Shown piece after piece: positions 27,347-35,654 of a stretch of 64,000 nt of DNA. The stretch spans positions 1-64,000 of IMG/VR virus record IMGVR_UViG_3300027608_000021. One strand, given 5' to 3'. The position numbers were made by a program, and so were the translations under genes. This DNA comes from a virus. Position 1 is the stretch's first letter; every line of letters begins with the position of its first letter. A model generated the notes under the pieces. It was not told the origin of the DNA, did no database searches, and saw only the letters and a list, made by a program, of their open reading frames with translations.

Positions 27347-27913
27347 ATGGCGAGGAAGTACATTACCGCTACAGAGTTCAAAGATAAGCCTCTAGGTATT
27401 GCTCTTCGCCAGTACTCCAGTGATCAGCTAGACTCTTTGATTGAAATTGCAACCGAACAGGTTGAAACATTCTGCGAACGAGTATTTGAACAGGCAACGT
27501 ACACAGAGACGTTCGTTGGCGATGGGTCTTCGACCTACTTGACGCTTCAGTACCCGTTGAGCTCAGTGACTTCAATCTCTGAAACAACGATTGCAACTAC
27601 CCCAGTTACAACGACAATTACCCCTAGCACACTAGTTCGGACAACAGAGTCAGATAAGTTTGGTAAAGTTCTTCTTGGACCTGCCAGTGAAACAACCTTG
27701 TTCTCTCCAACGTCCAAGTACACTATTGTGTATACGGCTGGGTATGCCACACTTCCGCCCGCTATTAAGCATGCCACTGCGCTCTTTATGAGCGAGTTGG
27801 TAAAGCCTGACTATGGTGGAGCTCAAGATACCACGCCAGAGATCATCCCTCTCAGCAGCCAACAGATTGCCGACTTGCTCAGCATCTACCGCCGCCGAAG
27901 GATTGGTGTTTAA
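27347..27913 (+). CDS. head-tail adaptor
   Basis: YIT..E...FCERVF...YTAGY..LP.AIK.A pattern. Confidence 0.75.
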   Translation: MARKYITATEFKDKPLGIALRQYSSDQLDSLIEIATEQVETFCERVFEQATYTETFVGDGSSTYLTLQYPLSSVTSISETTIATTPVTTTITPSTLVRTTESDKFGKVLLGPASETTLFSPTSKYTIVYTAGYATLPPAIKHATALFMSELVKPDYGGAQDTTPEIIPLSSQQIADLLSIYRRRRIGV

Positions 27914-28674
27914 TGGCTTATACTCGTGGTCAAAACGTACCAGCATTTGGAATTCAACTAAAGCCTACTGTTGTAAGTGATAGGATGCGCAGATTTTTTG
28001 GCGTATCCATAGAACGAGAAGTTATCAAGTATAACAAGGGTAAACACCTTAACGACTTTAAAGAAAATTTAAAGCTTTGGTCGTATGGTTCTTTTGAAGA
28101 TCTTTCAAGGTACGTTGGTTTAAAAGTTCAAGATTCTATTATAAATAGTAAAGATGCTACAACTGGTGCAAAGTTTAAACCACTTGCAAGAAAAACGATT
28201 GCAGCCCGTGCAATGATGAAAGGTAAACACGCAAAAAACAATGTTCCATTGGCACTCACTGGGAAACTTTATGAGGTAGCTACTGGTCGTAGGATCAGGA
28301 ATGCTGGTGGAAATGCTTCTAGCGGGAACGTCCAGAAAGACGGAATTCGCTTGCAGCAAAGGGTTAATTACCAGCCTGGAGAAGCTCAGGCTGTTGGTTC
28401 ATTCTACTGGCAGCTTAGTGGTCCTAAGGTTCGGCACTTGTATGGGTATTCACAAGTCTTTAACAACGTCCGTAAAGGCGGTAAAAATAAAGGCAAGTCA
28501 ATGCCATTTGAAGCTAAGGTACCAGCTAGACCATTTATTCCTAAGTTTACAAACAGTTTCTTTAAGATCTGGAAAGCTCAAATAGACAAAGAGTTTAGGA
28601 AAGTTATTAACGCTTCTGTTCAAGGCTCTAAGCCAATCGTAAAGAGCTACGGGTACGTTGACAAATTCAAATAG
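27913..28674 (+). CDS. neck/virion morphogenesis protein (Mu gpG-like)
   Basis: FKPLA..T, L..TG.L, VPARPF. Confidence 0.6.
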   Translation: MAYTRGQNVPAFGIQLKPTVVSDRMRRFFGVSIEREVIKYNKGKHLNDFKENLKLWSYGSFEDLSRYVGLKVQDSIINSKDATTGAKFKPLARKTIAARAMMKGKHAKNNVPLALTGKLYEVATGRRIRNAGGNASSGNVQKDGIRLQQRVNYQPGEAQAVGSFYWQLSGPKVRHLYGYSQVFNNVRKGGKNKGKSMPFEAKVPARPFIPKFTNSFFKIWKAQIDKEFRKVINASVQGSKPIVKSYGYVDKFK

Positions 28675-28683
28675 GAGACACCC

Positions 28684-29154
28684 GTGGAAGAAATTATTGA
28701 CCGTCTTATTGAAGAGATCAGAACATTGACGAGCTTGACTCGCGCCGACGGTGGTCTCGCAGATGTCCTAGAAGTAAAGTCAGTCTATTTTGGAGATCCT
28801 GGCATCATCCCACAAAGCCTTATGCCTTGTGTGATGGTTGAGCCAATTGCTGAGTCTCCAAATGGAGAGACAACCTCTTATGACAAGAGGTTTATGGAGA
28901 TCAACATCCTTTTGATGCTTGATGCTCGAGAGTACTTTGAAGTGGACGCTGAAGAGGCAATGGGAGATCGTAAACTCGTCCAGTCTGCCGCGCTGGTCTC
29001 CCGATATTTTAGGTCTCAGGACAAGCGACAGCTTGGCGGACTAGTCAATGACATCATGGTGAATGATACCACCTATGATATTCAAGATCGTGGTAACGCG
29101 ATCGTCAAAACAGCAAGGGTCAACCTTCAAATCATGAAGGCGTTTACCCGCTAA
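28684..29154 (+). CDS. putative tail terminator
   Basis: Position, size, SD. Confidence 0.55.
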   Translation: MEEIIDRLIEEIRTLTSLTRADGGLADVLEVKSVYFGDPGIIPQSLMPCVMVEPIAESPNGETTSYDKRFMEINILLMLDAREYFEVDAEEAMGDRKLVQSAALVSRYFRSQDKRQLGGLVNDIMVNDTTYDIQDRGNAIVKTARVNLQIMKAFTR

Positions 29155-29165
29155 GGAGAAAATAC

Positions 29166-30173
29166 ATGGCTAACAACATTGGCGTTGGCGCTCTAGGGTA
29201 TATCGCCTACGGCAAGGAAACAACCGAGGGTACATTCGTTACCGCAGGTAAGTTCCTCGCTGCCAACAACTTTAACTTCGACGACACAAACGAATACCTC
29301 AGCCCGATGACAATTCGCGGTACTAAGGATATGACTCTTGCCATGCCTGCTCCGTTCAACGTGACGGGTACGCTTGAGATGCCTCTTGTTCCAGACGACA
29401 TCGAACTGCTTCTTAAGTCTGCGTTCTCGGCTTCTACGGTTACGACCGCTGGCGCATCGAGCAGCTATTCACACGTCTTCACTCCTGGTGCTATCTCTCC
29501 AACGTTTACGTTTGAGGGTTACACGGGTGGTAGCGACGGTCTTACTACCGACGGCTTGATTCGCCAGTACGGTGGTGTTCGCGTGAACACGCTTGAGCTC
29601 CGCGCATCCTTCGGTGAAATCGTAACTGCTTCATTCGGTCTTGACGGTTCAACCCGCCAGACGAAGCCGCTTTCTGGTGGAAACCTTGATCCGCTCAGCC
29701 CAGTCTACGCAAGCACGTCACTGCAGCCATTCCACTTTAATGGTGCGAAGGTTCAGTTCGACGGTACTGATAAGGCAACCGTGAAGGATCTTACCTTCTC
29801 GATTAATAACAATGTGGAGCACATCGGTACCCTCCGCCAGACTCGTAACTTCAGCCGTGTTGCCTCTGGTGCACGAGAAATTACGATGTCGATGTCCATG
29901 GACTTCCAGGACACAAGCGACTACCAGGCTCTCCTCGACGAGGACGAGTTTGGCGTAACGCTGGTATTCCGTGGCTCGCTGGTTGGCGGCTCGGTATACA
30001 ACCAGCTTACTGTTGACCTTCCACGCGTGAAGTTCCGACGAGTCGGTGTGCCGATCTCTGCTGGCGACTTCATTACGCAGGATGTTGAGTGCACGGTCCT
30101 TAAGCCGAACGCATCAGACATTGCTACGGTAACGCTGGTCAACGGCAAGAGCGCTGCTCTCGCTGGTCTTTGA
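29166..30173 (+). CDS. major tail tube protein
   Basis: YGKETTEGT, HVFTP, G.RVN.L, FSINNN; position. Confidence 0.8.
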   Translation: MANNIGVGALGYIAYGKETTEGTFVTAGKFLAANNFNFDDTNEYLSPMTIRGTKDMTLAMPAPFNVTGTLEMPLVPDDIELLLKSAFSASTVTTAGASSSYSHVFTPGAISPTFTFEGYTGGSDGLTTDGLIRQYGGVRVNTLELRASFGEIVTASFGLDGSTRQTKPLSGGNLDPLSPVYASTSLQPFHFNGAKVQFDGTDKATVKDLTFSINNNVEHIGTLRQTRNFSRVASGAREITMSMSMDFQDTSDYQALLDEDEFGVTLVFRGSLVGGSVYNQLTVDLPRVKFRRVGVPISAGDFITQDVECTVLKPNASDIATVTLVNGKSAALAGL

Positions 30174-30209
30174 TCTGATATAGTATAAGAAAGAGGAGTT
30201 AAGACTTCC

Positions 30210-30584
30210 ATGACTGAAAATACTTCAAAGTTCCTTCGTCCTGTTGATAAGACGTTGACGAAGCGATACGAACACGACTCTGGCGACTGGATTGAACTTC
30301 GTCAGAATCTTTCAAAGCGTGAGGTTAATGCGATCCTTCGGGTCATGCCAACTGATGTTGCTGACAGTACGAAGGAAAAGAGCGGGGCTGAAATGGTAGA
30401 CGTTCTTACGTCTGTCGCAGAGACCCTGTTCACAAACCTGGTTGTCGGCTGGTCAGTCGATGACTCCCCGAAGGTAGAGACCTACCTTTCCCTTCCAAGT
30501 GATGCTGCTAACTGGGTTGATAAGATCCTGTTTGAGCACTTCAACGGTCAGTCACTAAGTGGTGACGAAGCGGGAAAGCAGTAG
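30210..30584 (+). CDS. tail assembly chaperone G
   Basis: Between tube and tape measure; ends with GGGAAAG slippery site. Confidence 0.8.
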   Translation: MTENTSKFLRPVDKTLTKRYEHDSGDWIELRQNLSKREVNAILRVMPTDVADSTKEKSGAEMVDVLTSVAETLFTNLVVGWSVDDSPKVETYLSLPSDAANWVDKILFEHFNGQSLSGDEAGKQ

Positions 30585-30880
30585 ACCTCGCTAAGGCGGC
30601 GGCGGAAGGATACACAAGAGGAAACATTTTCCAAAAGTATCCACGTTTAGCTGAGGCGTACGCCCTATTTGATCAATGCCGAGTACGGCAACTAGTAGTT
30701 CATGAAGTACCGAAGCCTGGAGGCAAACAAACGGAGATCCGAATGGTCTATGTACCAGTCGGATACTCCTTCTTGCCATACCAGGGAGGACTGCTCGATC
30801 AGCCTGCTTATATTGTTGATGCCTTTTCCCAGTTTATGCATGGGGAACGTATAGCATCCAATAAATCGCTGACGAAGTAG
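30572..30880 (+). CDS. tail assembly chaperone GT extension via -1 frameshift
   Basis: G GGA AAG at 30572-30578; -1 frame open to TAG 30880 with LPYQGGLLDQP motif. Confidence 0.8.
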   Translation, partial: GKAVDLAKAAAEGYTRGNIFQKYPRLAEAYALFDQCRVRQLVVHEVPKPGGKQTEIRMVYVPVGYSFLPYQGGLLDQPAYIVDAFSQFMHGERIASNKSLTK

Positions 30881-30885
30881 CCACT

Positions 30886-30928
30886 AGATGCCCACACAGG
30901 CTCCCCCTGTGTGGGCATCTTTTTATTT
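30886..30928 (+). terminator. intrinsic terminator before tape measure
   Basis: 15-bp perfect stem AGATGCCCACACAGG/CCTGTGTGGGCATCT plus TTTTATTT. Confidence 0.75.
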
Positions 30929-30941
30929 CTCTGGAGGTGAA

Positions 30942-33900
30942 ATGGCAGACGTAAAATTTAATGCGCGAGTAGAAGCGGATCTAAGTCCTCTTTCCCAGGC
31001 AGCATCTAATATGGCTGGGATCTTTGCAAAATTCGCCCCAAAGGATCTGAAGAAGCAGTATGAAGAACTTGGTCGATTTATTGGTAAAGCTCTTGATCCA
31101 CAACAGGGTCTAAAGAACGTACCAATTTCTGGTCGAGTAAAGATTGGATCCGAAATTGCCAAGGGTATGGGTGAGGCGGAAAAAACCGTCAACAGTCTCG
31201 CAAGAAGCCTTGGTGGTAAACTCGGCAAAGAGTTCGAGTCTGTTAATACTACTGTAAACAAGGTCAAGAGAACTACAAAAGACCTTGAGGCTAAAGCCCT
31301 TGAAAGAACGCTGCGGAATTCTGCTAATGAAGTTCCAAAGATTAGCACCGCGCTCTTCAAGGTTAACGGAGCATGGCGACAGATTTCTGCAGATGCAGAA
31401 GGATATCGAAAGAAGCTTAAAGATCAGGCTGTTCAGGTAGGAGAAATCCGCCAAAGAGTGTCAGATCTTCGCAAGGAATACGATCTTCGTGTTCCTCTTG
31501 CGACTAATGCAGCTGGCGTTAAAAAGCTTGGTGAAACCCAGGCACGTCTTAAGCGAGCAGAAGCCGAGCTCACTAAAGTTGTTACCAAGTATGGTGCTGA
31601 ACAGAAAGCTCAAGAGAGCGAACGGAACCGCATCCTTGGAACAATTAATAATACACTTAGTACTGGTCTTTCTACCCTTAAACTAACAAAGGCAGAAGAG
31701 GCTAAGCTAACAACAAGCGAGAAACTTCGTCTTGTTACGCAGAAACAAATTACTGAAGAGCAGAAGCGTCAGACGCAAATTGCAACTGAACAAGCTCGAA
31801 TTGACCAAGCTCGTAGGCAAGCATATGCCTTAACGATCGCTGGCGGTCAGCTCAAGAACTACGGCGATCAGCTACAAGTTCTTGGTAGAGAGTCATCTCA
31901 GGCATTTGGAGACGTTGAGTTCCAGGTCCTTCGCGCCGCAGCTGCAACAAGCGGTTCTAGGGACATGGTTGTTGAAATGACCGAAGAGTCGAAGCGACTC
32001 TCTGAGCAAATGGGTTATTTCAAGTCCGAAGAAATTGCCAGGGGCATGTACTTCTTTGCATCAACAACTGGTTCTGCGGTCAATAGCGTTGAAGAGCTGA
32101 GCATAATGATGGGCCAACTTACGCCTATTATGCAAGCTGCAGCTATTACGCAAAGCGACATGGAAACAACGATTAAGGGTGTCTACGGAATCCTTAACCA
32201 GTTCAGTCGACCTATGGAAGATGCAGCATCAGTAACTGAGATGCTGTACTACGCAGCCCAAAAGACTGCAGCAGAGCTTCCAGACTTCGTTGAATCTTTG
32301 AAGATGCTTGGTCCTGTGGCAGCACAGGCTGGGGTAAGCTTTGAAGATACGCTGAAAGCGCTTGCAATCCTTGCAGACAACGGAATTCGTGGAACGATGG
32401 CTGGACGCGCTGTTCGCCAAATGTTCCTTCAATTAAACGACCCAGCAGCAAGAGCAACCAAGGCACTGGATGGTGCAGTAAAATCGCAACTTGGATTGAA
32501 CAAGAGCTTTAAGCAGCTTGTGTTCCCTAAGGGCGAATTTATCGGTATGGCTGGTTACATTCGCACGCTTGCGAAAGTAACTGCAAACATGAACGATGAG
32601 CAAAAAGGTAACATCATTGGTGTTATCGCAACTGCTGCAGAGGTTCCAGCACTTACAAAACTTATTGAAGCTGAAACCGAAGCAATGAAGCGTGGTACCA
32701 GTGCCATTAGTGATAACACTAAGGGTGTTGGAGACGCAACAAGAGCTCGTGAACTATTCGCACAATCAGTAGATCTTGTTGGGCAGTCAACAAAGGCTTC
32801 CCTCGGCAGGATCGATAACGCAATTCAAAATATTAAAGCAACGCTTGGTGCCGCACTAGCGCCAGCAATTGAAGAACTATCATTCCGAATAGCAGATATT
32901 GCTAAAAGGTTTGACGATTTTGCAAAAGCAAACCCAGAGTTGCTAAAGACTTTAGCAACACTTACTGTACTTTCAGGAGTTGTGATGACAGCTGGAGGAG
33001 CAATCCTCGGTCTTGTCGGAGCTATCTTGCTTGTTGTACGAGTAGCATTTTCAGAGATTAGGCTGCTTGTTGGTGGACTTTCTAAGATTGGTCCAGCAGC
33101 AGCTGGTGCAGCCACAGCAGCAGAGGGAATGACAGCTGTTGCAGGTGGTGCAGTCAACGCACTTCGCGCAATTAATCCTTTTACTGCTACGTTTAAGTTC
33201 CTTAGTAAGCTTGTTACAGGACTAGGTAATAAGATTAAAGCTCCGTTTGTTGCACTAAGCGGAGGAGCAAAAGCTTCTACTGGCATTATGGCTGGTTTGG
33301 GCAAGACGTTAAGTGGTTTCCTTGGTGGAATTACCAAGTTCGCACGGTTTATTTCTATTACATGGCAAGCATTCCTAACGATTGCTGCTGGTATTTTTGT
33401 CGGGTTCTTCCAGGCAATTAGTGGTGGTAAGAAAGAGACTGACGCACTTTCAGGCGCGGTGAGTGTCCTTGGAGAAGTGTTCAAGTTTGTTAGCGGTGTC
33501 CTTGATGTCCTTACAGCTGGCTTTGGCTTGCTGTTTGAGGCTGCGAGATTTGTAGGAATTCAGCTGGGAAAGATCTTTGGACCAGATGGTCCTCTTGGAT
33601 TCCTTCCAGGTCTTATCGGAACAGTGTTTGGTGGAATTGGCGATCTCCTTGGTGGAATCGGTAATGCAATCAATACTGTTACAGCTGAGTTTAAGAAACT
33701 AAACGACGACTCTCTTGATCCTAATAAGGAAAAACTTAAAGAAATTGAACTACAGATTGCTTCTTTAACGGAGCAGTCTTCCAGGTTCTACGGATCTGCA
33801 GCAGAAGATAATGCTGCCAGGATTAAGCAGCTACAAAATGAAAAGAAGTATCTTGAAGATCTAATCAGCTCTACGTCTAGAACTGCTTTGGAGCAAGAGA

Positions 33901-35609
33901 AGAGAATCTCTCAAGCTAAAGAGATTCAGACACAGATTGATGTCCTTACTGCGTCGATTAAGAGTCTTCGTGGTGAAGAAAAGAAAGCCGCAGAAGCTAG
34001 GATTAGCGCTCTTAACCTTGAGCGCGGTAAGTTGCTTGCAATCGTTGAAGCAACTCGCTTGGCAAACGCAGAGCGAACGTATTTCCTGGGAGGAAACCAG
34101 GACATCGTTGCAGCCAGAGAACGAGCAAATCAAAATCTGCTCGGTGGTGGTGGTGGCGGTGGAGGTGCTGGCGGAGGCGGAGGCAGTGGCGAGCAAAAGA
34201 CAGCACGAGAGAAGGCTCTCGAGCTGGCTCAGCAAGCTGCAAGTCTTGCCGAAGCACTCTACAAGATCGAAGGAATTAATCTTAAGGAACTGATTAGGAA
34301 GACCATGGGCAAAGTGGCGGAAGCCATGAAGCTTGCGATTAATCTAACTGCTCCTTACGCTAAGGCGTTTAAGACAGCCACTCTCGAGAAGGTAGGAAAT
34401 TTTGCTGGTGCTGTAGGAAGCGTTGCTTCCGCAGTTGGCGGCATGGTTGATGCAGCTGAAAAGCTGGCTACCTACAAATCTCCAAGTGCGGCTAACCTAA
34501 AAAAGATTATCTCAGATATGTCTGTCGCAATGAAGTACATGATTGCTGAGGCGAAGAAGTTTGCTGGCAGTCAGGTGATTGCGGTTGAGGCATATTCTGC
34601 TGGCGCTCAAGCAGTTGTTGGATCTATTGCAGCTGCTGTTGATGCATTTAACTCGATGGCAACTGGTGTCTATCAACCGCCTGAGCGTGTGCTTAGGCAA
34701 GTTGCTGAAGACATTAGCAAAGCAGTGCAGGCTTTCGTAAGTAAGCTTAGCTCTGCGCCGACACAGCCAATGCTAGACAAAGCAAAGGCATTCGCTGAGG
34801 CAGCAAACGCTGTTCTTGGCACTATCGGTAGTGCTATCGGCTCGTTTAAAGATCTACGAAACTACGTCAAGCCGCTTGCAAGTGATCTTCAGGCGGTTGT
34901 GAACACCATTGAAACTGCTGTTCGACAGATGCTTGTTTCGATGGGTCGGTTCTCGCTGAACAAAGATCAATGGGAAGTTGTCAACACGTTCGCAAATGTA
35001 GCTAAGGCGATTGCTGATGCAGTCGGTGGAACTTACGATGCGTTTGTAAAGCAGATGGACTTCGTTGATCAGTTCAGGGAAGAAATTGATTACGATAAGG
35101 TCTTTGGTTGGATTGAAGACGGTATCCGCAAGATGGCAGATATCGCTTCTTCTATGCCAGTTGGAATGATTGCAATGGCAAGAGATGCCGCAGACGCTGC
35201 TAAGGCTATCGCCGAAGCGCTTGAAGCATTCTTTAACCTAGCAGTCAATACTGGTGGAGACCCAGCATTACTTGCTGACTCACTCCAAGGAGCTGTAAAT
35301 TCAGTACTATCAATCATTGAAGCGTTTGCAACGACAAGTCAAATTGTCGGAGCACACTTTGTTGATAGTCTGATTGTGGGAATGCAGTCCCGTGAGTCTG
35401 CACTCGCAGCTGAGGCTAATCGGTTGACTCAGATTATGAGTGGGGCTGGAACGTCGATTACTCGACAGAACAACAACACCATGACAATCAACCATGTGGT
35501 CACTGACCCGAACGGCGTTCTCAAGAATGCTTCGGCTCAGGAAGTAGCAAGCCTGCTGAGCGGGGATGTATTTATTAACAACCTCGTTCACAGCATCAAA
35601 ACGCAGTAA
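30942..35609 (+). CDS. tape measure protein (TP901-type core)
   Basis: ~1555 aa helical; LADNGIRGTMAG motif; TM-like stretches. Confidence 0.92.
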   Translation: MADVKFNARVEADLSPLSQAASNMAGIFAKFAPKDLKKQYEELGRFIGKALDPQQGLKNVPISGRVKIGSEIAKGMGEAEKTVNSLARSLGGKLGKEFESVNTTVNKVKRTTKDLEAKALERTLRNSANEVPKISTALFKVNGAWRQISADAEGYRKKLKDQAVQVGEIRQRVSDLRKEYDLRVPLATNAAGVKKLGETQARLKRAEAELTKVVTKYGAEQKAQESERNRILGTINNTLSTGLSTLKLTKAEEAKLTTSEKLRLVTQKQITEEQKRQTQIATEQARIDQARRQAYALTIAGGQLKNYGDQLQVLGRESSQAFGDVEFQVLRAAAATSGSRDMVVEMTEESKRLSEQMGYFKSEEIARGMYFFASTTGSAVNSVEELSIMMGQLTPIMQAAAITQSDMETTIKGVYGILNQFSRPMEDAASVTEMLYYAAQKTAAELPDFVESLKMLGPVAAQAGVSFEDTLKALAILADNGIRGTMAGRAVRQMFLQLNDPAARATKALDGAVKSQLGLNKSFKQLVFPKGEFIGMAGYIRTLAKVTANMNDEQKGNIIGVIATAAEVPALTKLIEAETEAMKRGTSAISDNTKGVGDATRARELFAQSVDLVGQSTKASLGRIDNAIQNIKATLGAALAPAIEELSFRIADIAKRFDDFAKANPELLKTLATLTVLSGVVMTAGGAILGLVGAILLVVRVAFSEIRLLVGGLSKIGPAAAGAATAAEGMTAVAGGAVNALRAINPFTATFKFLSKLVTGLGNKIKAPFVALSGGAKASTGIMAGLGKTLSGFLGGITKFARFISITWQAFLTIAAGIFVGFFQAISGGKKETDALSGAVSVLGEVFKFVSGVLDVLTAGFGLLFEAARFVGIQLGKIFGPDGPLGFLPGLIGTVFGGIGDLLGGIGNAINTVTAEFKKLNDDSLDPNKEKLKEIELQIASLTEQSSRFYGSAAEDNAARIKQLQNEKKYLEDLISSTSRTALEQEKRISQAKEIQTQIDVLTASIKSLRGEEKKAAEARISALNLERGKLLAIVEATRLANAERTYFLGGNQDIVAARERANQNLLGGGGGGGGAGGGGGSGEQKTAREKALELAQQAASLAEALYKIEGINLKELIRKTMGKVAEAMKLAINLTAPYAKAFKTATLEKVGNFAGAVGSVASAVGGMVDAAEKLATYKSPSAANLKKIISDMSVAMKYMIAEAKKFAGSQVIAVEAYSAGAQAVVGSIAAAVDAFNSMATGVYQPPERVLRQVAEDISKAVQAFVSKLSSAPTQPMLDKAKAFAEAANAVLGTIGSAIGSFKDLRNYVKPLASDLQAVVNTIETAVRQMLVSMGRFSLNKDQWEVVNTFANVAKAIADAVGGTYDAFVKQMDFVDQFREEIDYDKVFGWIEDGIRKMADIASSMPVGMIAMARDAADAAKAIAEALEAFFNLAVNTGGDPALLADSLQGAVNSVLSIIEAFATTSQIVGAHFVDSLIVGMQSRESALAAEANRLTQIMSGAGTSITRQNNNTMTINHVVTDPNGVLKNASAQEVASLLSGDVFINNLVHSIKTQ

Positions 35610-35654
35610 TATACGGGGGAGGGGCTTTGGCTCCTCCCCCTAATGGGGGTAGCA

